Assembly (NCBI GenBank): GCA_013202715.1 | Contig: JABMRF010000023.1 | Span: 2,327-66,326, forward strand | Direction: 5' to 3' | Source of the DNA: Candidatus Kuenenbacteria bacterium | GTDB lineage: Bacteria; Patescibacteriota; Patescibacteriia; UBA11705; JABHMO01 | Length of the DNA stretch: 64,000 bases | In this document: one piece after another, positions 56,523 through 64,000 of the stretch | Position numbering within the stretch: the first letter of the stretch is position 1 | How the letters are laid out: each line of letters opens with the position of its first letter | Translations under genes and position numbers: made by a program | Notes under the pieces: model-generated | The model's input: the letters and a program-made list of their open reading frames with translations, nothing else | What the model was told of the DNA's origin: nothing | Database searches by the model: none

Positions 56523-57500
56523 TCACCCAAGCCATTTTTCTAATACATCCCCTTTTGCTTTCGCATTACGCCAAATCACCTGACGCTTCAGCTTTAACTG
56601 TTTTCTATTTCTTAGCACATCTCCCAAAGCTCGCAGAGTACCGAATTCGAAAACCAAAATATAGAAAAACTTTGTAAGTTCGTAAAAAAATACCCGCCAA
56701 CTGAATTTCGGAAGACATTTAATTAAAAAATATAAATGATTTCGATATGAATAAAAATTAGCAAACTTAGATTTTTTTCGCCGGTTTTTGGCAACCTGAA
56801 TTTTTGTTAATTTATCAACTGTAGTAGTAACGGTCCGGTCATGATAAGCAATAGCTGCTGGGACTTTCCAGGCTCTCCAACCACCAATTTGCAATCGAAA
56901 AGCCAAATCAACATCTTCCTTGTAACTAAAAAATGATTCGTCAAAAAACTCTTTTTGGTAGATAATTTCTTCCAACGCCTTGCGTCTATAAAATGGAATA
57001 GCGCCCGACACACCAAAAATTTCCTCAGCAAGATTATGCTGGCCTTCGTCAACTTCCCCACTGCCGAGATCAACCACTCTGAAATTTTTAAAACTCTTCA
57101 AGCCCAATGAATCAATATAATTAGTTTGCTGACCGTCCTGCAACCGTAAAATCTTTCCGGTCGCAGAGCCAGCCATTGGATTTTTGTCCATAAACTCAAC
57201 CATTTTTTCCAAAAAATCTTTTGCCAAAACAACATCCTGATTCAGGCAAACAACATAGTCTGATCTTGTCCAGTGAATCGCCTGGTTATGCACCTTGGCA
57301 AAACCAAGGTTTTCTTTGTGCTTGATTACCTTCAAATGCGGGAATCTCTCATTGATCAGCTCCAAAGTCTTGTCATGAGACCCATTATCAAGAATAATAA
57401 TTGAATAGTCTGTAAATGTCTGAGCCAAAACGCTGCGCAGACAATTTTCAATGTAGCGTTCACCGTTCCAGGTAACTAGATTTATAGAGACTTTAGGCAT
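56523..57500 (-). CDS. Family 2 glycosyltransferase
   Basis: VSINLVTWNGERYIENCLRSVLAQTF...IILDNGSHD...LNQD. Confidence 0.85.
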   Translation of the reverse strand: MPKVSINLVTWNGERYIENCLRSVLAQTFTDYSIIILDNGSHDKTLELINERFPHLKVIKHKENLGFAKVHNQAIHWTRSDYVVCLNQDVVLAKDFLEKMVEFMDKNPMAGSATGKILRLQDGQQTNYIDSLGLKSFKNFRVVDLGSGEVDEGQHNLAEEIFGVSGAIPFYRRKALEEIIYQKEFFDESFFSYKEDVDLAFRLQIGGWRAWKVPAAIAYHDRTVTTTVDKLTKIQVAKNRRKKSKFANFYSYRNHLYFLIKCLPKFSWRVFFYELTKFFYILVFEFGTLRALGDVLRNRKQLKLKRQVIWRNAKAKGDVLEKWLG

Positions 57501-57523
57501 AGATTTTGTAGATTGCCAAGTTA

Positions 57524-57569
57524 GCGTATCTTGTAAGGGTTCAAAATTTTGAACCCTTACAAGATACGC
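57524..57569. terminator. Perfect 19-bp-stem hairpin between GT2 genes
   Basis: gcgtatcttgtaagggttc aaaatttt gaacccttacaagatacgc. Confidence 0.6.
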
Positions 57570-57591
57570 TCGCTTGGCTCGCTAACTCGCA

Positions 57592-59079
57592 TTACCTACT
57601 TTTTGGAGTTACAAAAAACCCTAAATGATATTTCTTCGGTAGCATCAGACGCGTTTGCGCTTCAGTTGCCGGAATTGAACCGAAGATAATTAATGTTATC
57701 GGTAATAATATCCATTGCAAAAACATGACCAGATACTTCCAACGAGGATGACCCTCTGGCCTCGGAGGTAAAATAAACAAACTGATGATTGCGGAAAATA
57801 GTATTCCAACCATCGCTGCAGCCATCAGCCATTCCAAAACAAAAGGTGCGTTTTGAACAATTACTGATGAGGACTCTTCTCCTCGACCGGCAACCCAGAG
57901 CGGTAATCTACCCAAAACGAAAATCAAAATCGGCGCAGTGGCCCAGGAGTACATTCCTTCTGTTAAGTTCCAAGTGTATTTTAACTTTTTGTACCACGGA
58001 ATTTCCTTGTTCTTGTGAAACTTATTCATCATGTACGGAAAATGCTCCACGCCCCAAGCCCATCGTCTTTGCTGTTTGTAAAGATTTTTAAATCCTTTCC
58101 AGTAATCTTTATCCATCACCGTGTCCATTGAAACTGGGATATACATTGGTTCCACTGCATATTTGCCGCCATATTTAAAAAAGCATTGTAAAAAGATACG
58201 AGAATCATCAGTCACAATATCCTTTTGCCAAAAACCTACATCAGCCAGCGCTTTAAAACTCATTGAATGAGAACTGAAAGTATATAATCTTTCCGGCCGC
58301 ATCAAATCCATTAACAACCAAAAAATTGTTCCAAAGGCAGTGACACGCATCGCTGCTGGCGCGTCCCAAATATTGTTATTATAATTAACTGCCGGCTGAT
58401 ATGAAACTTTCGTTGGATTTGGATGAGTTAAATATCGATAAGTTAGATGCGCAAAATATTGTTTGTGTACGCAGGTATCACTATCAAAATAAGAAACAAT
58501 CAAATCTTCATAATCATATCCGAGCTCGTTAATAAATTTTTGCGACTTGTGCCCCATCCAGTTGGCGTTCGCACCCTTGCCTTTCAATTCGCCCGGCAGG
58601 CCGTCCGGATGAATAGTGAATTTCAATTTGTGAAACTTATCGCCAAATTCTTTTTTTATCTGCGCCGCTTTGGGCCGAAAATCTTTTTCAATTCTTCCCT
58701 CTCCACCGAGAATCACAATCATCTTATCGAGCGGGTAGGAACTATTACAAAGACTGTTAAAAGTTGTGCGCAAGACTTCAATCGGCTCCCCGTAAGTCGG
58801 CAAATAAATAATATGAAATTTTTTGTCCCAACCGGGAATTTTTTTCACTCTTTCCAGCCAATCAATGGCCTCTGTTTTTTTGTATTTGAAATATGAGTAA
58901 CTGCCATAAAAAATAAAGTGCAATACTCGGAGTAGCCAGTACAAATCAAAAGCGATTATAAAGTAAATAACCCAGAGAGGCTTTATAAATGACAAAACAA
59001 TGGACAATACAAAAGTCGTCCAGATCAAAAGACCTGGAATTGTCTCTAAAATTCTTAACCTTGTGGTTCGTTTTTCCAT
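57592..59079 (-). CDS. Membrane-embedded processive family 2 glycosyltransferase (cellulose/chitin synthase-like, QxxRW)
   Basis: N- and C-terminal TM helices, DSD/DxD, and the QQRRWAWG motif typical of processive beta-glycan synthases. Confidence 0.75.
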   Translation of the reverse strand: MEKRTTRLRILETIPGLLIWTTFVLSIVLSFIKPLWVIYFIIAFDLYWLLRVLHFIFYGSYSYFKYKKTEAIDWLERVKKIPGWDKKFHIIYLPTYGEPIEVLRTTFNSLCNSSYPLDKMIVILGGEGRIEKDFRPKAAQIKKEFGDKFHKLKFTIHPDGLPGELKGKGANANWMGHKSQKFINELGYDYEDLIVSYFDSDTCVHKQYFAHLTYRYLTHPNPTKVSYQPAVNYNNNIWDAPAAMRVTAFGTIFWLLMDLMRPERLYTFSSHSMSFKALADVGFWQKDIVTDDSRIFLQCFFKYGGKYAVEPMYIPVSMDTVMDKDYWKGFKNLYKQQRRWAWGVEHFPYMMNKFHKNKEIPWYKKLKYTWNLTEGMYSWATAPILIFVLGRLPLWVAGRGEESSSVIVQNAPFVLEWLMAAAMVGILFSAIISLFILPPRPEGHPRWKYLVMFLQWILLPITLIIFGSIPATEAQTRLMLPKKYHLGFFVTPKSR

Positions 59080-59265
59080 AGTAAATCCTTCTCAGGATAT
59101 CATAATTCTTAAAGGAAATCAAGGGGTAAAAACATAGGGCTTCAGCTCCACCTGGCCATCAAACGGCCAGGCTAGCTGGTTCCAAACCCCCGTAAACGGG
59201 GCTTGCTGTGAATCCAAGCGAACATAGAGAGCAAGTGGTTCATGGCTACTATTCTTCCATTTTTT

Positions 59266-59297
59266 TTATCCGCTTTAGATCCGCGTTTATCCGCACT
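59266..59297. promoter_or_regulatory. Array of three ATCCGC(G) units (10-11-bp phased) ~190 nt upstream of the GT2 synthase gene
   Basis: tatccgcttta|gatccgcgttt|atccgcac. Confidence 0.45.
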
Positions 59298-59344
59298 TTT
59301 AAGCTAATTTAGCCAAAAAAACAGGTTCTCAATAGCCTCCATTT

Positions 59345-59475
59345 GCGCGGAGTTCTAATTACCCCCCACTTAAGTGGGGGCTACCAGCAGTTAACGGTTT
59401 CCGGCTTTAGCCGGGATGAGTGCGCGCAAGCGCGCCGGATTTCCTCGTCCCCCACTGAAGTGAGGGGTAATAAAA
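59345..59475. repeat. GC-rich structured element with two cccccacttNagtggggg hairpins (resembles the IS200-like end repeats)
   Basis: ccccccacttaagtgggggctaccagcagttaacggtttccggctttagccgggatgagtgcgcgcaagcgcgccggatttcctcgtcccccactgaagtgagggg. Compare ccccacttcagtggg at 3305 and 3975. Confidence 0.5.
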
Positions 59476-59517
59476 AACGGCTTTCGCCGTTTGAACACAC
59501 CAATTCAAAAAAAACGT

Positions 59518-60681
59518 CTATCTCACCAATTCAAAAATAGTATAAACAATCCCGAGCACAAACATCACTATGAGCAAACTGCCCAGCACCTTATATTTAG
59601 GCATTGAAAATTCCGGTTTTTGATCGCCATACTTTTTCGCTTTCCAATACATTAGAACCAAAATTATTCCAGTTAAACCAAAAGTTAAGCTACCGGCAAT
59701 TCCCATTACTGTGATAAAATCTCTGGCACCGCTCAAGAATACCAACAACGGAACAACAATCACGGCCAGCCAGGCCCAAATCTTTTTTAATTTGAAATCA
59801 AACTGAAAAAACTCCCGCATTGTTTCACCGATTGTAAGAAAACTCGTTCCCATTGCAAAAAAAGCAAACAAATTTCCAAAGACCAGCATGTAGCGACCCA
59901 CCTTTTCACCAAGTCCGATTGTAGCCACTTCTGTTGTGGCCAATCCTGTTACACCGACGACAATGATGGCAAACAAAGTATAAATTGCAATCGGAATTAC
60001 GCTGGCAACAACAACGGCCTTTTTGACTTTGTCTTGCCGCTTGCGAAGTATTTCACGCAATGGAACGATTGAGGCTGCCCCGCCAAAAGAAAATAAAATA
60101 ACACCGTACGGAATAAAAATATTATTCAAATTGGTATATGTTAAATTCGGTAATTCAATTGAAGAACTGCTAAATCCAAATATTATGAAAATAATAACAA
60201 TAAAAATAGCCACCATCCACAATTCAAAAACTTTAACCACACCCAAACCAATTAACAAAATCAAAGCGCAAACTGCAAAAAATACTAGACTGTAAATAAA
60301 TTCACTTCCGCCAAACAATGCAGATAAAACTTTTCCCTGCCCGATCAAATAAGCGGTCAGCGCGCCATATCCTCCGATCAAAATTGAAATAGTTGCCAGC
60401 CGATACATAAAATTGCCCAAATATTTTTTTGCGTAACCGGCAATCTGATGACGAAATCTGGTTCGAAGTACAACCTCTGCAAACATTAAATTTAATAATA
60501 GAGCTGCTACCCCCAAAACAATTAAAAGAAAAAAACCAGGTCCAACTCCGACCTGGGCGATTACAAATGGGACACCTAAAATTCCAGCGCCAATAATTGT
60601 GCCAACCATTGTCGCCACAGCCTCCCAAAAACTGATCTTTTCTTTTTCCTCCCTATTCATATTATTTAATGGAAATGACAA
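59518..60681 (-). CDS. Amino acid permease (aromatic/hydroxy amino acid transporter-like)
   Basis: 11 TM helices. The N-terminal WEAVATMVGTIIGAGILGVPFVIAQ resembles the Trp/Tyr permease family. Terminator aacggcgaaagccgtttttt on the minus strand at ~59470-59500. Confidence 0.7.
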   Translation of the reverse strand: MSFPLNNMNREEKEKISFWEAVATMVGTIIGAGILGVPFVIAQVGVGPGFFLLIVLGVAALLLNLMFAEVVLRTRFRHQIAGYAKKYLGNFMYRLATISILIGGYGALTAYLIGQGKVLSALFGGSEFIYSLVFFAVCALILLIGLGVVKVFELWMVAIFIVIIFIIFGFSSSSIELPNLTYTNLNNIFIPYGVILFSFGGAASIVPLREILRKRQDKVKKAVVVASVIPIAIYTLFAIIVVGVTGLATTEVATIGLGEKVGRYMLVFGNLFAFFAMGTSFLTIGETMREFFQFDFKLKKIWAWLAVIVVPLLVFLSGARDFITVMGIAGSLTFGLTGIILVLMYWKAKKYGDQKPEFSMPKYKVLGSLLIVMFVLGIVYTIFELVR

Positions 60682-60896
60682 ATAAAGTTAACTTTTTCAT
60701 TCAACTCAGATATATTTTCCATTTTTCCACCTTTGACAATACATTCTAATTTATCAAACAAAGACGGCTCTCCCTTTAAATAAACAATTCGCTCCGGCGA
60801 GTTGACATTAGAATAAATAAAAAACATGCCGGTGACTACCATAAGTATAAATACGATAAGAATTAAATATTTTGCCTGCCAGCGCATATTAATCAA
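60666..60896 (-). CDS. Small membrane protein (hypothetical)
   Basis: 76 aa, one TM. Overlaps both neighbours by a few nucleotides. Confidence 0.3.
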   Translation of the reverse strand: MINMRWQAKYLILIVFILMVVTGMFFIYSNVNSPERIVYLKGEPSLFDKLECIVKGGKMENISELNEKVNFICHFH

Positions 60897-62322
60897 TCTT
60901 AATTATTTCAACCAGATTTAATTGACCGCTCCGGCCAACCGGCGATCCGCCGACAATAATTATCTGATCTCCTTTTTTCGCAAATTTATTTTCTTTTAAA
61001 TAATTAATCCCCATACCAATTAATTTTTCAATTGTTTTGCACGGTGGTAATACAAACGGAATCGCGCCCCAGGTCAGGCTGAGCTGACGCTTGACCCTAT
61101 CATCCTCACACGCAACCAGTATCGGCAATTCCGGCCGATAACGACTGACCAGTCGAGCAGAATTTCCAGTAATGGATCCGATCAAAATCAACTTGGCATC
61201 GACATGCATTGAAAGCATTTTTGCCACACTACCGATCGCCTCACTTGTCGGGACGATCTTTTTTGTTTTCTCCTGAAGAGACAAATCATCATAAGCTGAT
61301 TTTTCAGTTTTAACAACCGTTTTCTTCATATAATCAACCGCTTCTGCTGGAAATTTTCCAACTGCCGTTTCACCGGAAAGCATAATAGCATCTGTATGGT
61401 CAATTACAGCATTGGCAACATCACTTATTTCCGCCCGCGTTGGCCGAGGATTAGTAATCATTGATTCGAGCATTTGCGTAGCCACAATGACGGGTTTAGC
61501 AGCTTCCAAACATTTATCAATCAACATTTTTTGCATCAGCGGAACATCTTCTGCCGGCAATTCGATCCCAAGATCACCGCGCGCAACCATCACTGCGTCC
61601 GTTGCTTTTACTATTTCATCAATATTATCAATTGCTTCTTTTCGTTCAATTTTCACAATGACTTTTACCGGAGAAACGTTCTTTATTTTTAATTTTTTTT
61701 CATACTTTTCAATCAGATCCTTCAATTCATAAACTTCCTTTGCTGTTCGAACAAACGACAGTGCCACATAGTCAACATCATTTTTAATACCGAACAATAA
61801 ATCTTCTTTATCTTTTACTGACAATGAAGGCACAGTTACATTTGTATCCGGCAAGTTCATTCCTTTATGAGAAGTAACCGTTCCGCCATTTACAACTTCG
61901 CAAACCATCTCTTTTCCTCTCACTTTTTTAATTAATAAGTTTATTATTCCATCTGCAATCAAAACTCTTTGGCCGGCGGCAACATCTTCATGCATTTTTT
62001 CATAAGTAACCGGAATTTTGCCGTTCTGAAAAGCTGTATCTGTGGTCAAAATAACTTCCTGACCTTTTTTTAGTTCAATACCCTTTTCAGGCAAATCACC
62101 AAGTCTAATTCTCGGCCCTTGCAGATCCAATAAAATTGCAATCGATTGATTCAATTCATTTGCTACAGATCTGATATTTTTTATTACTTTTAAATGAGCC
62201 GAATGAGTTCCGTGAGAAAAATTTAAGCGAGCCACATTTAACCCATTCCGAATTAACTTTTTTAAAATCGGTTTTTTATCAGAGGCTGGGCCAATTGTAC
62301 AAACAATCTTTGTCCGTTTCAT
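60889..62322 (-). CDS. pyk: Pyruvate kinase
   Basis: MKRTKIVCTIGPASDKK...NFSHG... Start set at the ATG (62320-62322) rather than the track's upstream GTG. Confidence 0.95.
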   Translation of the reverse strand: MKRTKIVCTIGPASDKKPILKKLIRNGLNVARLNFSHGTHSAHLKVIKNIRSVANELNQSIAILLDLQGPRIRLGDLPEKGIELKKGQEVILTTDTAFQNGKIPVTYEKMHEDVAAGQRVLIADGIINLLIKKVRGKEMVCEVVNGGTVTSHKGMNLPDTNVTVPSLSVKDKEDLLFGIKNDVDYVALSFVRTAKEVYELKDLIEKYEKKLKIKNVSPVKVIVKIERKEAIDNIDEIVKATDAVMVARGDLGIELPAEDVPLMQKMLIDKCLEAAKPVIVATQMLESMITNPRPTRAEISDVANAVIDHTDAIMLSGETAVGKFPAEAVDYMKKTVVKTEKSAYDDLSLQEKTKKIVPTSEAIGSVAKMLSMHVDAKLILIGSITGNSARLVSRYRPELPILVACEDDRVKRQLSLTWGAIPFVLPPCKTIEKLIGMGINYLKENKFAKKGDQIIIVGGSPVGRSGQLNLVEIIKID

Positions 62323-62328
62323 ATTAAT

Positions 62329-62367
62329 CACGGATTTAACGGATCAAACGCGGATTTAACGGAAATT
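62329..62367. promoter_or_regulatory. ATCCG(C)G repeat array immediately upstream of the pyk start codon
   Basis: Gene-sense: tttccgttaaatccgcgtttgatccgttaaatccgtgattaatATG. Nearly identical to the 35 nt preceding the yraN-like start (63163-63195). Confidence 0.5.
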
Positions 62368-62403
62368 ACTTCCAAATGATCCACATTAACCGTTTAATCT
62401 AAT

Positions 62404-62742
62404 TTAGATATTTATTTTTTTTGTATATTTGTGTAAAAATGGAATTTTCCAATATTCTCCTTGCCAAACCCTGACAATTCCCACAATGGAAACTGCAAGA
62501 AAAACAAATGAAGCCAGGATCCAGACCATCTGTCCCAAAATTGGAATAATATTTACAAACCAGACAATAATTTCTGCGAAAAATAAAACTAGCCCCTGCT
62601 TGGCATGAAAGGTTACAAACTTGTCATCTCTTTTTAGCAAAATCGGAATTAAACATAGGATTCCGAGATAACTGAGGGCCGCTAATATTTTGTTTTCTGA
62701 AATTTCTTGCTTTGAACCTAATTGGTCTTCCATATTTTTCAA
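62404..62742 (-). CDS. DUF4870-like small membrane protein
   Basis: ALSYLGILCLIPILLKRDDKFVTFHAKQGLVLF, a typical TM2/DUF4870-like motif (recalled). Confidence 0.55.
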   Translation of the reverse strand: MKNMEDQLGSKQEISENKILAALSYLGILCLIPILLKRDDKFVTFHAKQGLVLFFAEIIVWFVNIIPILGQMVWILASFVFLAVSIVGIVRVWQGEYWKIPFLHKYTKKINI

Positions 62743-62783
62743 TTTAGTTTATAAGTGTGGCTTTTATTTTTTCATTTTTCATT

Positions 62784-63158
62784 TTAAAGTTCTACATTTT
62801 CATAATGAATATATTTTGGGGTTAAATCAAAGATTTCAATAACTAAAATATCAAATCGAGGAAAAAAATCATCATATTTTTCATTTGATGTTCGAAAATG
62901 ATTGATAGTCTTGCTAATCTTTTGCTTTTTGGAATAGTTAACGGCTTGCTCTCCGTAACCAAAGGCATTTGTGGTTCTGGTCTTTACTTCTACAAACACT
63001 AAGTCTTTATTTTTTGTAAAGATTAAATCTATTTCGCCGACATTTTTTTGCAAATTCGCCCGCCAGTTCTTTTCAATCAGAATATGATCTTTTTCTTCAA
63101 AAAATTTCAAAGCAAGTTCCTCTCCCCACTGTCCTAATTTCTTCTTGTAACCCTTCAT
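62784..63158 (-). CDS. YraN-like (UPF0102) endonuclease-fold protein
   Basis: MKGYKKKLGQWGEELALKFFEEKDHILIEKNWRANLQKNVGEIDLIF...LVFVEVKTR. Start moved to the internal Met; the track ORF's N-terminal extension covers the upstream repeat array. Confidence 0.7.
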   Translation of the reverse strand: MKGYKKKLGQWGEELALKFFEEKDHILIEKNWRANLQKNVGEIDLIFTKNKDLVFVEVKTRTTNAFGYGEQAVNYSKKQKISKTINHFRTSNEKYDDFFPRFDILVIEIFDLTPKYIHYENVEL

Positions 63159-63162
63159 ATTG

Positions 63163-63195
63163 ACCGCGGATAAAACGGATCGAACGCGGATTAAA
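63163..63195. promoter_or_regulatory. ATCCGCG repeat array immediately upstream of the yraN-like start codon
   Basis: Gene-sense: aatccgcgttcgatccgttttatccgcggtcaatATG. Confidence 0.5.
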
Positions 63196-63253
63196 ACGAA
63201 ATTTACTAAAACATTTTTCTTAAGGCCGCAATATTCGCAAAATCCGCGCTTAG

Positions 63254-63490
63254 TTAAAGTAAAAAGCCTACCATCCATTCGATCACTTTGCCGTGTAAAT
63301 TTGTAATTATCAAAAAACCAATAGCAATAAGCATGATCCCGACAAACTTTAAAAAAGAATAAGTTCCGCCTGGAAAATATTTATCGGCAAAACTAATTGA
63401 TCCAACCAAATCATTAACTGTTCGCGGTTTCTTTACTACCAAAAAGCCAATTACGCACATAATGGCGCCAAGTATAAATCGTCCAATCAT
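63254..63490 (-). CDS. Small 2-TM membrane protein (hypothetical)
   Basis: 78 aa with two hydrophobic helices. Confidence 0.4.
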   Translation of the reverse strand: MIGRFILGAIMCVIGFLVVKKPRTVNDLVGSISFADKYFPGGTYSFLKFVGIMLIAIGFLIITNLHGKVIEWMVGFLL

Positions 63491-63677
63491 AAATTTTGTA
63501 ATTAATTATATTCTTTTAACATTATACCATATTTTAGGAAAACAAAAAAACCGTGAAGTATATATTCACTACGTTTTTATAACTTCACGATAAACCGCAA
63601 TTTTAAAATGGCCTACAAAGAATGGTTTACCATGAAGTCATGCGCCGACTGCCACAAGCAGACAAGCATGTACTTCA

Positions 63678-63763
63678 TGGTGCCCAGGGCGGGACTTGAA
63701 CCCGCACGCCCCGAAGAGCCATGGCCCTCAACCATGTGTGTATACCAATTCCACCACCTGGGC
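63678..63763 (-). tRNA. tRNA-Leu (anticodon GAG), type II with long variable arm
   Basis: Minus strand: GCCCAGG acceptor, 3-bp D-stem, anticodon stem CATGG/CCATG with loop TTGAGGG, long variable arm, T-arm GCGGG-TTCAAGT-CCCGC, discriminator A plus CCA. Confidence 0.8.
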
Positions 63764-63900
63764 GAATTAAAATTCAAAACCGGAAACACAAAACCCAAAG
63801 GAAATCTTAAATTCCAAATTAAAAACCTAAAGACGTTCTTTTCAATTTTGGATTTTTTAATTTTTAATTTCCTTTGGACTTTGAATTTTGTATTTTGGAT

Positions 63901-64000
63901 TTTATTCAACAGTTATTGCCTGTACCGGACAAGCATCCTTCGCCTGGTTAATTGCTTCTTCTTTTCCAGTAAAATCTCCGGCAATTACTTCTGCCTTATT
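63901..64000 (-). CDS. Ferredoxin-like protein (C-terminal fragment; 5' end outside the window)
   Basis: Minus-strand translation ...IRAEVIAGDFTGKEEAINQAKDACPVQAITVE* contains a CPV.AI 4Fe-4S ferredoxin motif. Confidence 0.35.

Noticed and set aside
59100-59260. SRP (4.5S) RNA or known riboswitch in the GT2 synthase leader
   Set aside because: No GGAAG...CAGCC domain IV motif and no match to the c-di-GMP-I/II cores that I could recognise by eye. Kept only as an unclassified structured leader.
47611-63195. ATCCGCG arrays as DnaA-box clusters or an origin of replication
   Set aside because: TTATCCGCA units are 1-2 mismatches from the DnaA box TTATCCACA. But there is no dnaA/dnaN nearby, the arrays are dispersed over 16 kb, and two lie directly against start codons, so a transcription-factor or leader role fits better.
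63613-63909. 98-aa minus-strand ORF
   Set aside because: It covers tRNA-Leu and the AT-rich inverted repeat. No RBS and low-complexity translation.
1-64000. CRISPR arrays or cas genes
   Set aside because: No regularly spaced 25-40-bp direct repeats with unique spacers were seen. The tandem repeats present are coding (LRR units) or short motif arrays.

Overview
This is a low-GC (~38-40%), gene-dense bacterial window. Most genes are short and many lack a clear Shine-Dalgarno sequence, which is compatible with a reduced Patescibacteria/CPR-like genome; that assignment is inference.

Recognisable housekeeping genes are pyrG, rplI, ctpA (S41), murA, thrS (short form without the TGS domain), dtd, dnaE and pyk. 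There is a dTDP-rhamnose pathway (rmlB, rmlC and a single-ORF rmlD-rmlA fusion) and a cell-envelope glycan block (DUF4012 protein, two GT2 enzymes and a processive QxxRW GT2). Other calls include an LCP protein, a secreted S8 protease with FG-GAP repeats, a prepilin-like protein, a ZIP transporter, two NUDIX enzymes, HIT, a CDP-alcohol phosphatidyltransferase, a PurF homologue and tRNA-Gln(TTG) and tRNA-Leu(GAG).

Mobile DNA comprises an IS200-like element (HUH transposase flanked by ~95-bp structured direct repeats), a second HUH/RAYT transposase beside tRNA-Gln that carries an in-frame 44-bp REP-like palindrome (second copy at 30.8 kb), a ~1 kb GC-rich (~52%) island, and a family of ~70-bp palindromic MITE-like intergenic elements at five or more loci.

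The main signals for follow-up are:
- a tight four-gene minus-strand operon (HD-domain protein, DHH-like protein, two acidic proteins) behind a perfect TTGACA-17-TATAAT promoter with a long inverted-repeat leader; three of its products plus a fifth gene 3 kb away share an N-terminal 'M-x-E-K-M-MG-G-x-[ST]-P-E' motif;
- cyclic-nucleotide components (class III cyclase with a novel N-terminal domain, a CRP-like cNMP-binding protein, HD/DHH phosphoesterases);
- 10-11-bp-phased ATCCGCG/CGCGGAT repeat arrays at four upstream regions, including near-identical 35-nt leaders on pyk and a yraN-like gene;
- a PurF homologue with Ser in place of the catalytic Cys1;
- two small proteins 44 kb apart that end in the same FPP(A/G)QY tail;
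- a CDS carrying six near-identical 66-bp tandem repeats that encode LRR-like units.
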